The notes beneath the pieces are model-generated. The model made no database searches. It had not been told where the DNA came from and was given only the letters and a program-made list of their open reading frames with translations. Below are positions 1 to 12,500 of a stretch of DNA of 64,000 nucleotides, one piece after another (within the stretch, counting starts at the first letter, position 1; each line of letters starts with the position of its first letter). A program made the position numbers and the translations under genes. The DNA comes from a virus, in the IMG/VR virus record IMGVR_UViG_3300030103_002259, positions 1 to 64,000 of that record; one strand, given 5' to 3'.

Positions 1-363
1 ACTAGACTTGAAGAAGGTTTTGACCATAAAGGTGGACTAACTAATGATGAGCTAGCAGCTGATGCAGAAATGCAAGAGATGAAAACTGAGGAGATCATTA
101 AAGAAAGAATAGCTGAAGATGAAGCTGCAGTATCTGAAGTATGTGATAAAGTCACAGATGCAGAAGCTGCAGAGCTAATCAAAGGCCAAGAAGCTGTTGA
201 TCAGCAAATGGCTCAAGAACAAGCAGCTGATAATTCAGTGTCACATGAAGATATTGATGTTGTAGAAAAAGATGAGGATTTAGAATTTGATCTAAACCTT
301 ACAGAAAATGATGCAGATAATGGAGATATAACTTCAGAAGATGCAGATTTTGACTTTGCTTAA
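1..363 (+). CDS. 5'-truncated protein with a very acidic C-terminal tail (hypothetical)
   Basis: Frame is open from base 1 (TRLEEGFDHKGG...) to the TAA at 361-363. It is D/E-rich, ends DFDFA and is followed by a terminator. Confidence 0.75.
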   Translation, partial: TRLEEGFDHKGGLTNDELAADAEMQEMKTEEIIKERIAEDEAAVSEVCDKVTDAEAAELIKGQEAVDQQMAQEQAADNSVSHEDIDVVEKDEDLEFDLNLTENDADNGDITSEDADFDFA

Positions 364-383
364 TTAAGCATGTTATCAGAAAG

Positions 384-420
384 AAGGGGGAATGGCTTAG
401 GCTGTTCTCCCTTTTTTTTT
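384..420 (+). terminator. Intrinsic terminator at the convergence of the plus-strand gene and the minus-strand virion operon
   Basis: Stem GGGGGAAUGGC-UUAG-GCUGUUCUCCC (with G-U pairs) followed by T9. Confidence 0.85.
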
Positions 421-424
421 ACTA

Positions 425-577
425 CTAGTCTCCTATTACATGAAAGGCAATAGTACTTATAAAAAAATATACTTTAAATGTAGTAATATTTTCTTTTTCA
501 TCAGCGCCTATATATTCCCACCCTAATGCAAACCTGTCATGGGGCCAGTGAAGTGCTATGTCTAATTGCCAATTCAT
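425..577 (-). CDS. 50-aa hypothetical protein (not in the ORF track)
   Basis: Hand translation MNWQLDIALHWPHDRFALGWEYIGADEKENITTFKVYFFISTIAFHVIGD*. The ATG lies 1 nt after the stop of the 1980-aa gene. Confidence 0.7.
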   Translation of the reverse strand: MNWQLDIALHWPHDRFALGWEYIGADEKENITTFKVYFFISTIAFHVIGD

Positions 578-578
578 A

Positions 579-3500
579 TTAACTAAATCTTGTTGAACTA
601 CCTTCTAAGTTTTTTAATACTGTTACAGGATCTCCTGTACCACCTGTAAAGCCTATTGCTTTAAACATTTTCTTATATATTTTAGGAGTACCTTTTTGTT
701 GCCACCAATACGGCCCAGTATCTTTTTGATACTCTGGTAAACCATTACCACTAATAAAACTTAAAACATCACCAAATATCTGAGCATATAGTGTAGTAGT
801 GTTATACCAAGCAGAAGAAGTAGAGGTAATCATTTTTGTATAATCATCTAGACCAAAATTTTGACCAGCAACTCTAGGTAGTGGTATAAAAGCAGTAGTT
901 TCTGCTTGCACACCTAGTGTGAGTAACAAAGCATGATTAGCAAGAAAACCATATGTATCATAACCTCCTTGACCATATGCGGCTGATCTTCTTTTTAATT
1001 TTTTCCATCTATCATCATCATCTGGATCAAAACCTAATAACATAGACGATATTAAAGCTAGCATAATTGTAGCTAGACCCTCACTAGCAAACCTTCTAAA
1101 ATCACCCTTCTCTTGATCCGTTAAATATTGATAATCTGCCCCTTTAGATTTTATTACTTTGACTAAAGTTTGAAAAGCAGATATATAATAACCTTTTGTA
1201 TATTTACCTAGCGCCCAATCATATCTATAACCACCATCTGTCAATGTAGCAGTTTTTGGATCAAATCCAAACCTATTTACAAACATAGGTGTAAACCACT
1301 TTCTCATAAAAAAGAATAACCTATAGATAACATACTTATTACCTTCAGGTGCACCCATTCTATCATATACACCAAACAATCTTCTTGATGTACCTTGTAG
1401 TTTATTTTTAAACCCTGCAAATTTCTCAGATTTAGCAATTACTATTTCTTGACCATCTTCTAATTGTATTTCAGATTTAATTCTATTCTTAGCTTTTAAT
1501 TCATCAACTGAGATATAATATTTTTTAGCAATCTCTTCTAATGATTCTCCTTCTACATAGTCATGATATACAGGTACATTATTCCATCCTGGATGCACAC
1601 CTTCTTTTAATTTTATAATACCATCAGCATCTTTTTCCCATGCATCTACATATCTTATAGACTTTTCAGTACCATCACTAAGAATTTGAGTAACTTTTTG
1701 ACCGTGTAAAAAGCTTCCAAATAATTTAACAGCCACATCCATTTCACCAAATTTTCTATGCATAAACACCCACTCCATATTTGTAAGATCTTTTACCATA
1801 GATCGCATAACTTCTCTACCAAATTCATCTGTAGTTTTAAATACAGGATCAAATATTTGAATTAATTGTGTGCTTATTGCCCCTGGACCAATACTATAAA
1901 TACCCTTTCTAGTCCACTCTAACATAGCTTTAGTAGACCACGGAGTAGATAAAGCTAAATCTTTTGATGTAATAAAATCTCCACCTGTTGATTCTATAAT
2001 AGTTTGTACATAACCTGATATCTGGTTCTTTAAATCTGCTGGTATATTCAACGCCAAAGATCCCCAACTAGAAAAACCTTGAATTTTTTGTAATATTTTA
2101 CCCATCATAGGATGATTTTCTTCAAGACCTGCTACTTGTTTACCATAATATTCTCTTTCCAATAAAGATCTAACCTGACCAGCTCTATTATTTGTAGCTC
2201 CTTTTTTAAGAACTTGTTTTAACTTACCCTTTAGTCCTATTTGATTCTTAGAAAACGTATCTAGTTCTTTTAATTGATTCTCAGGATCTTCTAATGTATC
2301 AAGCAAACTCTCTACTAATGGTAAACTTTCTAATAATTTACCTTGTGTCTGAATAGATAAAGCATATCTAAACATAGTTGATATCACATCTGCATCAGTA
2401 ATGTCCAAATCAAGATTATAAATACCTGTAATAGGTATGTAACTTACTTGTTCACCATTTAAATCCGTATTTACTAAGTTATTTTTAGCATCATAATTTT
2501 GATCATTTTCAAAATCTACTTTAGACTTACCAAACTCTTGACTAAAAAAGTTTTTAAGACCAGCCTTTAAATCTCTAAATCTTTCACCGTATTTACCACG
2601 TTGAAGTTTTTGATAAATATCATTAGTCTTTGTTGCATATCTAGGCATATCCATATACAACTTACCATAGTTACTCATACCTTTCTGCATGTCTAAATGA
2701 TATTCAGTCATAGCTTTTAAAAGTTGATATTCAGCAGAGTTTTTATTAGCACTAAGTTGCTTAAACCTTTGACTTATGAATCTATCATCTTTTGCACTAT
2801 ACTCTTGATCTTGACCATGCTCTCTTGGTAGCCAATTTCCTTTATTATCTACATACTTACCTACGTAATCTTCTCTATTCTCACCAAAAGGAATAGTTCT
2901 ATATTCATTTTTAACCTCAAATCTAGAATGTCTTGGTGCAGGTACACCTAATAATACAACCTCTTCATTTGTATTAGTATCAATAATAGTTGTAGTTTCT
3001 ATATGATCTGGGTTAGAAGGTATTTTTACAACGTTTGCACTTGTAGGTAGATATTTTATATCTAGTGACTTAGTTTTTGTATTATAAAAAGTTTTTTCTA
3101 TATGATTTAATTCAAACCAATCTTTAAATGCTTTATCATTATCTAAGATTTCTTGAAACTCATCTGAATTAATAAAAGATTCTACTTCAGATTCACTAAT
3201 TTCTTTAATATTTTGTTTTGATAAAGAAAAATTTAAAGCATCTAAATAATACTCTGTAGGTAAAGTATCAGTCATACTGCCAAGCTCTTTGAATAATTCC
3301 CTTAACCTAACCTGATCTTCTGAAGATAAACCTATATCTTCTTGTAGATCTGATAAATAGATAAATCTATCTGCTTCAGCTGAACCTGGAGAAATTTCAC
3401 CACGATTATTCATAGCAGTTAAATTTCTTAACTCTTCTAATTGCTGTGATGTTAAACCAGTTCTAGATTCTGATTCTTGCTGATAATCTAATATATCTTG

Positions 3501-6500
3501 TTGAAGCTCTTTAATTCTTCTTAACCTTTCATTACCCATTTCTGTTGAGATAGGTTGATTAAATTCATCTTTATAAGCAAACATTAAATTTGAAATCTGT
3601 TTATAAGCTTCTCCAACATCAAATGTTTTATTTTTAATTTTAGCTTGAATACCACTTATTTCATCAAAAAGAGCATTTCTTGATTTCCAGTATTCATCAG
3701 TATATTTAATTTTTAAATTCTGTCTTTTCCACTGTTCTATTTTGCGTACAAAATCACCACTTCCTCTTTCTATACCTTCACCTTCTAATTGATTTAAAAA
3801 TTCATTATATGATAATTGAAGAGAACCAGGTACAGGAATCATTTCACGAAATTGAGTACCCTTTTTATTTTCTTGTAAGAACTCAGCAATACTTTTATCA
3901 TAAATACCTTTTTCAGGATCATCTACTTTGTCAGTACCATCCTCATATTGCAGTGAAGATAGCTGCTGATAATCTCTCCAAGCAGCTTGTATAGCTGGAT
4001 AATTTTCAAGTCTGTCTAGCTCGTTATCAAATTGATTTTGTAGGTTATTAAATATCTGAAGTTTTTCTTGACGAATAGTATAAGCTAACTTACCAATATC
4101 TGAATCTTGAAATCTTGATTGTTGTTCATAATACTCTGGCACATATTCTTGCCACATATAATCATTATTGAACTGTTGTAATTTTTGTCTAGCATCAGCT
4201 AATTTTTGAAGATCCCCTTCTTGTCTTGCTTCTTCTACTGCAAATTCTAAAATATCTTGTTCATATCTCCAACCATTACCAAACTTATTTAGAAAAACAT
4301 AAATTTCCTTAGCAATAGGTTTACCTGATTCCTGGTCAAAAAACATTACAGTATCTTTTTCACCAAGCATTTCTCTCATTTGAAAAACATTCATTTTAGA
4401 GAAATTTACTTTAGGTAATAGATCTGCTAACTTTTTTCTAAAAACCATAGACTTTCTCCAAACTTCATTCTCAACCTCTGTTCTTTGGTTTTGAATATAC
4501 ATAGATAAAGGACCTACTATAACATCATTAGAAGAACTATAGCTTTCTAACCACCTATTAAAAAATGAAACATCATGAGCATTACCAGTTAATGCATTTT
4601 TTATTCTTTCTTCATCAACAACATAATCTTTGTATTCTTTAATAAAAGATTCTAATATATTTTTAGGTACTCCTTTTTTTACTAAAGCATCTACATCTTC
4701 TTGACTAAAACTTTGATCAACTACTTTATCATATGTATCTTTTATTGCATTTTCAAGCTCTTGAGGATTTTTAAAAGCCTTTTGAAAAGCAACGTTAAGA
4801 TTAGATTTAAATCTATCATTAACAAATTCATTCATGTAACCTGTGATTTCCACAAACCACTGTACATTATTATCAAGTAAAATTTTAGCAACTGATGTAT
4901 TAATTCTAGTAATATTATTAGTTATCTCATTTAATGTCTGATAAAATAGATTACTACTATCTGTGTATTGACCATTTTCCATTAAAGTAGTGTCAATATC
5001 TTTTAACATTTCTAACCAAGCTCTTGCTGTATTCTTATAAAGAAACATTAGTGCAACTGTATGTCTATTATTTAAACTAGGATCTGCTTGTATCTTAGCT
5101 AAATCTTGCAACATATTTTTACTCATTGTATTAATAGTATCAAAGCTATTAATTAAAGACTGGGTCTTGTTTTTTATATTAATTGCTCTACGCTCTTCTC
5201 CATCAAGAACCTTTTGAATTTTTTCATCTTCAGTATCTTTTGCAAACTCATCAAAGTTTACATAATCAGAAAGACTCTGTCTTATTCCTGGTAATAGTTT
5301 TGTTGTACCTTTTTGAAATAAAGCTTCCTTAAGCATTTTTTTAGTACGCTTATCACTCTTAAAATTTCTAGCGTTATTTAAAACCTGAATGCTTGTATTC
5401 AAAGCTGTTTCTATAATTTGCTGAAGAGATTCTACGTTAGTATGGTTAGCTAAATCCTGAGCTCTTTCGTTAACCATTCTAGCATACATAACTAAATCTT
5501 GCTCAGTTATATCAGGTGTACCTAGATCAAAATCTTTTTCAAGCATCATTTTTGCTAGCTCATTCAATGTAGTATCTTGATTAAGCTTGCTTACCTTAAT
5601 TTTACTACCAAATACACCACGTAACATTTTTTTAATTGCCGCTAGCAGCTTTTTAATAAACTCTTGAAACCCTATAGTTTCAACCTGATCTAAAACTTGA
5701 TTAAATGATTTCAATTGTAAAGCGTATGCTAGAACCTCTTCTTTAAATAAATCAGAGTCAACATCTAATTCAGGATATAAGCTTAAAACATGTTGTTTTA
5801 TACCTTGACCTTCCTCAGTAGCCATTGCTTGATTGTATAGATTACTAAATAGCTTTTTATTATCTCTGCGTATAGCTCCTAATAGTGGATGCGCAAACTC
5901 ATGAAGCACTGAATTAATACTAATATTATCACCTACGGTATATATAGTTCCTGCAAAGTAAAAACTTGGTTCTCCATTATATGGAACAGATGTATTTTCT
6001 AGTAGTTTAGCTGCTTCTTGAGGTGTAACATTTTCATAATTCATACTCATACTTAAAGCAAGCTTTTCTGAAAGAACCTTAGCTATTTCTTTAGATCTTG
6101 TATCTCCTAATTGATTTAAATTTAAGTCAATTAAAGGGACCCCCTGAATAGTTTCAAAAGGACTTTGAAAAGTAAACTCTTGTAAGTTAGGTTCATTTAC
6201 ATCTGGAGAAGCTTCTATAACTTCTTTACGTTTATAAAGCTCATCTAGTTCTGTAAATAAAGAATCATTAGGAATGGCCTTATATATTTTAACCTGGTTG
6301 TCACGCCAATATTTAGATTCAATAACATCTATTTGCTCAGAAATATTGACATCAAAAAGCATTTGCCCTTGTGTTTTAAGACCATACTTACTTGCTGCTA
6401 AAGCAGTTAACTTTTCATTTAACTGATCAAACTTAGTTCTATCTACAATACCATTAACAGCATTAGTAGCACCTTGTTTTTCTAAAAAGTTAATTGCATT

Positions 6501-6521
6501 ATTCTTTACTTCACATAACAT
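579..6521 (-). CDS. Giant virion-ejected protein (third gene of the crAss-like vRNAP-associated trio) with an N-terminal zincin motif and an inserted LysM domain
   Basis: 1980 aa. HEFAH near 5889-5903, a LysM-like stretch YVEGESLEEIAKKYYISVDELKAKNRI..LEDGQEIVI near 1438-1566, and a hydrophobic helix near the C-terminus. Lies next to the RNAP gene. Confidence 0.75.
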   Translation of the reverse strand: MLCEVKNNAINFLEKQGATNAVNGIVDRTKFDQLNEKLTALAASKYGLKTQGQMLFDVNISEQIDVIESKYWRDNQVKIYKAIPNDSLFTELDELYKRKEVIEASPDVNEPNLQEFTFQSPFETIQGVPLIDLNLNQLGDTRSKEIAKVLSEKLALSMSMNYENVTPQEAAKLLENTSVPYNGEPSFYFAGTIYTVGDNISINSVLHEFAHPLLGAIRRDNKKLFSNLYNQAMATEEGQGIKQHVLSLYPELDVDSDLFKEEVLAYALQLKSFNQVLDQVETIGFQEFIKKLLAAIKKMLRGVFGSKIKVSKLNQDTTLNELAKMMLEKDFDLGTPDITEQDLVMYARMVNERAQDLANHTNVESLQQIIETALNTSIQVLNNARNFKSDKRTKKMLKEALFQKGTTKLLPGIRQSLSDYVNFDEFAKDTEDEKIQKVLDGEERRAINIKNKTQSLINSFDTINTMSKNMLQDLAKIQADPSLNNRHTVALMFLYKNTARAWLEMLKDIDTTLMENGQYTDSSNLFYQTLNEITNNITRINTSVAKILLDNNVQWFVEITGYMNEFVNDRFKSNLNVAFQKAFKNPQELENAIKDTYDKVVDQSFSQEDVDALVKKGVPKNILESFIKEYKDYVVDEERIKNALTGNAHDVSFFNRWLESYSSSNDVIVGPLSMYIQNQRTEVENEVWRKSMVFRKKLADLLPKVNFSKMNVFQMREMLGEKDTVMFFDQESGKPIAKEIYVFLNKFGNGWRYEQDILEFAVEEARQEGDLQKLADARQKLQQFNNDYMWQEYVPEYYEQQSRFQDSDIGKLAYTIRQEKLQIFNNLQNQFDNELDRLENYPAIQAAWRDYQQLSSLQYEDGTDKVDDPEKGIYDKSIAEFLQENKKGTQFREMIPVPGSLQLSYNEFLNQLEGEGIERGSGDFVRKIEQWKRQNLKIKYTDEYWKSRNALFDEISGIQAKIKNKTFDVGEAYKQISNLMFAYKDEFNQPISTEMGNERLRRIKELQQDILDYQQESESRTGLTSQQLEELRNLTAMNNRGEISPGSAEADRFIYLSDLQEDIGLSSEDQVRLRELFKELGSMTDTLPTEYYLDALNFSLSKQNIKEISESEVESFINSDEFQEILDNDKAFKDWFELNHIEKTFYNTKTKSLDIKYLPTSANVVKIPSNPDHIETTTIIDTNTNEEVVLLGVPAPRHSRFEVKNEYRTIPFGENREDYVGKYVDNKGNWLPREHGQDQEYSAKDDRFISQRFKQLSANKNSAEYQLLKAMTEYHLDMQKGMSNYGKLYMDMPRYATKTNDIYQKLQRGKYGERFRDLKAGLKNFFSQEFGKSKVDFENDQNYDAKNNLVNTDLNGEQVSYIPITGIYNLDLDITDADVISTMFRYALSIQTQGKLLESLPLVESLLDTLEDPENQLKELDTFSKNQIGLKGKLKQVLKKGATNNRAGQVRSLLEREYYGKQVAGLEENHPMMGKILQKIQGFSSWGSLALNIPADLKNQISGYVQTIIESTGGDFITSKDLALSTPWSTKAMLEWTRKGIYSIGPGAISTQLIQIFDPVFKTTDEFGREVMRSMVKDLTNMEWVFMHRKFGEMDVAVKLFGSFLHGQKVTQILSDGTEKSIRYVDAWEKDADGIIKLKEGVHPGWNNVPVYHDYVEGESLEEIAKKYYISVDELKAKNRIKSEIQLEDGQEIVIAKSEKFAGFKNKLQGTSRRLFGVYDRMGAPEGNKYVIYRLFFFMRKWFTPMFVNRFGFDPKTATLTDGGYRYDWALGKYTKGYYISAFQTLVKVIKSKGADYQYLTDQEKGDFRRFASEGLATIMLALISSMLLGFDPDDDDRWKKLKRRSAAYGQGGYDTYGFLANHALLLTLGVQAETTAFIPLPRVAGQNFGLDDYTKMITSTSSAWYNTTTLYAQIFGDVLSFISGNGLPEYQKDTGPYWWQQKGTPKIYKKMFKAIGFTGGTGDPVTVLKNLEGSSTRFS

Positions 6522-6524
6522 ATC

Positions 6525-9500
6525 TTAACATTTAAACGGATCTTCTTGTAGCTCTAACATAGCAAGTACTTCTTTATCACTTATACCTTGAGTTTGAGCA
6601 ACAAGTTCTTCAACAATATCATATTGTGTAGATCCAGGATTTAAATAACCAAATTCTTCAAACAGCCTTTTACTTAAATATACGAATAATTCTTGAGGTA
6701 AATTTTTACCAAAACCGCTTTCTGGAAAAGCTATTACTACTTGTGATTCGTTTACTTTTTTAATCTCATTTATTCTACGTTCATAGAGCTCTTTGATACT
6801 TTCATATGTATAGGGTGTATTAGCCATGCCATCATTTTGAGCATCTTGACCTGTAGGTATATCTATTGACATGTCATCAGCTAATGCCACAAATCTACTT
6901 TGACCACCAAAGTTTATAGTATAATCCTCTTGTAGCTCTTTAATAGTACTATTATGAATAAAGACTACATCTTGATTAGCATTAACCAAGTTTTCATAAT
7001 AACCTGTTTGAGCGCCATTATCATTATAAGTAAATATATTAGATCTAGCTGTTATAGATAATCCTAGTCTATTAGATGGTACTATATCTTCATTAATATC
7101 TTCTTCAATATCTTCTTGAACCGTCTCTTCTAAATTTCTTTCCTGTGTAGGATTAAGAACATCTTTTATTCTAGCAGGATTTTCATAATCTATATTAGCT
7201 AAGTAATCTTTAAACAACTTTTTATTTGGGTTATACTTACTATTTTGATTTTGAAATAAAGTAAAAAAGTTATCTAAAAACTTATTACCAGCTGTATTCA
7301 AAGTGTTTAAAAGGTCCTTTTCACCTAACTCAAGCAATTGTATAAACGGAGTATAATCTACAACATTAGTAATGCTTACTTTTTCTTTATTTAATCCTGA
7401 TTGCATAAAAGCAAAAAGCTTGAGATCTGTAAAAAACCTACTAATTCTGTAATTTTCTTCTTGATCTATAGATTTAACTACTGAAGGATTAGCAAGATCT
7501 AATAAATTTTTTGTGTATAAATTTGACAAATCATTAGTATAATCCTTTTCAGGAATATATAAATTAAATACTGTTTGATTTGAATTAGAATCTAGCTGTA
7601 GCTTTTGAAGAACCTCATAGTTTGACTTAAGGTTTGGAAACTCATCTAATAAATCTGCATACCTAATACCAAAAGCATAATTAGGATCTATAAACATATG
7701 ATATATATTCATAGTATTAGTAAGCGCTCTATGTGATATCATTTTTTCGTAAGTATACCTTGATTGTTTTGCACTGCTCAAATCAGGTTTCATTTCTTGA
7801 GTTCTAGATAATTCTGTTGCAAACTCTGTAGTTTTTGATAATGTTTGTATAGGTAATACATCTCTTAAAGTTTCCCTCTCAAGTACAAACTTTAAATACT
7901 CATTATAATTTTTACCACCATTGCGCATAAATGTACCAGGGTTCAAAGCAAACATATCTCTTGATTCATAACTAGTATCTGAGTCTGAACCTTCTTCCCA
8001 ATCTCTATTTATAAATTCTTGTTGCAATGTTTTCTCATCTACATATAAAATACCATCCTTAACAAACGCACCTCTAGAAAAATTATCTATAGGTTTTGTA
8101 CGAAAAGATGTTTTAGTTTCAAAAGAATTATAGTAATCTCCTAATTTATATTTTCTTAATTCATTTTGAAATAAAAACGAAACTAAATCGTTTCTAAAAG
8201 TAGTTGCAAATTGTTCTTTGTTACCACCAGGAAACATCATTGGAATTAAATCTCTTGTAATTTGCTCATCTTTAACAATTAAAAAGTCAGATACAGCTTT
8301 ATTAAATCTTAATGTAAACAATGATTTACTTAAGGCAATAGATAAAGGGCCATTAAAGAAAGAGCTAATAACAGAATCATTCATAAAAGACTCTAATAAC
8401 TCTGCATGATCACCTACCTTTTCCATGTCTAGATCAGCTTCTGTTTGTTCAACATCAGATATTGTACTTTTAGTACTTGTATCTGGATTAGAACTAAGCT
8501 TAAGTCTGGTTAAACCAGAAACCTGAGCTTCAAGAGACAAGTAGTGTAAAAACATAGCATGGGATAAATCACTTTGCTTATCATTAGTATCTATGACTTT
8601 ACGCATTTCATCTAAAGTAAAAGTCTTATCTTTTCTATTTGAAAATAAATCTGATATTAAATTTTCACCTGTTTCATTTCTTGCAGAATTTTTAGACTTC
8701 ATATTTAATCCCGCCACATTATTATTACCAATAACATTACTAGCAGCTTGTCGTTTAGCAAACTGCGGAGCATTAGGCTCTGTACCTAACAACTTAGCAA
8801 AAGTAGATTTAGCTAAACGTTGTTGTTCAACATACTCTCTTACAAGGGGGTTTGAAACAAAATAAATAGCTTCTTCAACTGGAACACCAGCTTTTACAAG
8901 ATATAATAACTGAGGTGCTACCTCATAATTACCTTGTATAAAAAAGATCCATGCATCTTTCTCAACGTCAACCCAACCATTCATCATTTGTGATATAACA
9001 TCAGCTATCTTATTTACTCCATCTACATCATATTGATTAGATAAAGAAATTCTATCAGTGTCACCAAATTTATGATGTCTCAGATACATATTGACCTGTC
9101 TTTTCTCAGATTTATTTTTACCAATATTTATAAACTCAGGCATTTTAGCACCTGCCGCATTCATTATTACATTAAATGTATTTTCTACAGCACCTAAACC
9201 TAAAGTTCTTTTACCTACAGCATTTGACTCATGCTTATATAAGTTATATAGAGGCTCAAATATTCTTGTTGGACTAATGCCTTTGATATCTACAAACTTA
9301 CCATCCCTATCCATAACAGCATTAGGATTATAATCCATAACTTTTTTAGAAAGCTTGTCTGCAATGTCTTTTAATATAAATGTACCATTAGGTGTAATCA
9401 AACTTGCGTAGTTATGTGGCATCTCTAATATCTCTCTGATATCATTGATCATTTCATTCTCTAATCCTGCTTTTTGTTTAGCTATCTTTTGAGCTTCTAA

Positions 9501-12500
9501 TCCATTCTTAGCAATATCTGATTTTAGTGCTTTTGTATCTGAGAACTCAGGTTTAATAATCTTACCTACTGCATCTAAATTATTCATAAAGAATGTAAGC
9601 TTATCAATATCAAAGTCACCACCTGATTTAGCTACAATTTCTTCTGGAACTACTACTATATTACTAGCTTGTGGCGCCAAGAACTCATAGACCTCAGCAA
9701 ATTCCATTGAGTTAAGACCTTGTACTGGGATACGTACACCTACCAGTGTAATAGCTTTTCTATTAGCCCCATCATTAGCATCTAACCATGACTCATCTTT
9801 AATCTTTTCATTAAGTCTAGCCAAGCTAGCTTCAATATCTAGTTCACCATTCTCATCAGTTACCTTAATAAACTCTAATGACCCTGCTTTCTCTGAATAT
9901 TTTAGATTAAATAGATTGTAATAATCACCTTGCATAGCAATGGCCACTTTCATAGCAGCTGTTTTATTACCTTTCTTTTTATCTCTAAAATATGTAGGCA
10001 AGTTTATACCATATAGCGCGGATGATTTTTGAACTAAAGGTTCACCTTTAATCTTAGGCTTTATGATCCTCTTGTTTATAATAGATAATAATACCTTCTC
10101 AATTTTGGCAGCATCTGGATGAAACGAGGTATCATGTTGTAGTTCACCACTGTCAAATACATCTATAAATTCAATGAGATTATCACTTAGTAGATCTTCT
10201 CTTTCTAAATTAGTTCTAATTATTTGGACTAATTTAGCGGTACTACCTGGACCCTTGGGTACAAAATTATTTTCACCATCTTCTTTGTATCCTATTTCTT
10301 CTAATAATTCAAACTTAGCGAGCTCCGTATAATCAGCAACATGATCTAAATATCTTTTTACTTTTTTGCTAGTTATTTTAGAATCATCTGTAGTATCAAT
10401 AACCCCTTGAGTATACAAACCTTCTAGTATAAGTTTTCTCATCTGAGTTGAGAATATTGATTTACCCTTGTAAGATTTATTTACTTCTGTCTGATTTTTT
10501 AAATACTCTGCAAATATTACATTTTTAGTAAACTCTAATTCATTATTAAACTCACCATTAACTAATACTTGATCACCTGAACCGATGTGAGATATCTTTG
10601 AGCCTGATTCAAAAGTTACATAATCAATTTCTTGATCCATCATTTTCATATGCATCTGATGAAGTGGAGATGTTTCCTCAACAACCCCTGGGACTAATGG
10701 CGCTAAAGAGAACTTATGAAAAGATGTTACAGGAAGACCCTTATTTTGTATATTACCGAAGTACTGTACCTTATAAGGAGGGAAATACTCTATTAAATCT
10801 TCTATAGCTAAACTTTCACCTAATGCTACTTTTCTATAAAGACGCTCTTGATTATCTGTCCAATTATTCTCAAGCTTTTTAAGCATTCTATAAGACTCAA
10901 ACGTAACATACCCTTGTCCATCACCAACTTTCATACCTAAGTATTCACCCATGGCGGTTTTAGCAAGCTTTTTAGCCTTATCCCGATTTTTAAGTCTTTT
11001 AAAATAAACTGACTCTAGATGCTTTAGATACTCCGAATACATTGAAGAATCATTTTCAATCTCTTTAATAATAGCAGTATTTAAAGTTCCATCATATCTA
11101 CGTTTAGGTTTACCTAATCTATCAGCATAATATCTTTTAAATATAGAATTATCATTAATAAACTTTTGAGCTCTAAGATCACTACGGAAACCTCTTCCTC
11201 CTGCACCTAGACCAGCATTACGTTTATGAAACTCTTCTTTAGCATGATTATATTGAACAGCATCACCATAGGCCAATATAGTTGTTTCAAACTTATGGAT
11301 CCATGAATTATACACATATGCTTTAACAAGTACTTTCTGCAGCTCCTCGGACGTTAAATTGTAACCCCTAATATCTACTTTATCCAACAAAGATTGATCT
11401 ACATAAGAAGCTTTACTTAACTTGTTATTAGTCTGCTCTGTAACACGATCAAAGTAATCTTGGATATCTTGACGAACATTTTCTAATAACTCAGCATCTG
11501 CTAATAGAACAGGTTTAAAATTATAATTTGGATTATTTAATTTTTCAGCATCTTTAACTTTAGCATATATAGCTTTCTGTGTATCATAAGATAATATATC
11601 ATCAAAGGCTGTTAATGCTGATCCAGCATCTACTTCTTGACCCAACTTATTTTTAACTTTTCTATTATAACCTTTAATATTACTATAGTCACCAATATTA
11701 TAGCGAACAATTCTATTAACCTCACCAGCTAAATAATTAGTCATTATATCTGTACCACGGTCTTCTCCAAACCTTCCTGGCATAAAAGCTTGAACATCTA
11801 CATATAATTTAGCACTAGACTTACCATCATAAGTATTTATAGGATTACTAGTTGTAATACCCATTGCTGTATTTTTAGAAGCATGGCGCATAAATTCTTC
11901 TACACCATTTAGCAGCATACTATGAAACTCTTGTAACATCTTACTAGTTGAATCCATAGAAGCAGTATTACGTCCTACAGAGTTTTCATTTTTATCTATT
12001 AATTGAGTACCTGCTACATTTTGTAAAACTAATGCATTCTCTTTTTTCTCACCAAATGTACTTGATCCTTCTTGTAAATCAAAAATAGAACCTAGTAACA
12101 CTGAAAATTGAGTTTGAGTATTATTATCAGGATTCATCCAATACATATGTTTGAATAACTGATTAGGATCCGCATCTCTATAACCTGTAAGCTCTTGCCA
12201 ACTACTAGCATAGTTAATTGATGTAACCATTCTAGTGATAGTATTATCTAAAAAATGTTCCCACACCCTACTTTTTTCTGGGTTAGTAACACTAAAGTTT
12301 GAAAATCTATCTGAAAATTGATTTTGTAATTCAGCTAAAACTCTTAATCTACCTCTGACATCTTCATTACCTTTACCTTCAAATAAATTCTTCAAAGGAT
12401 TCATTGCAAACTCTTCTTTAAAATCTTTATCTGTAGATTTATTTACATTTTCTAAAATTCTATAAATCTGATCAACTCCAAATCTAATTGCAAACCGTGG

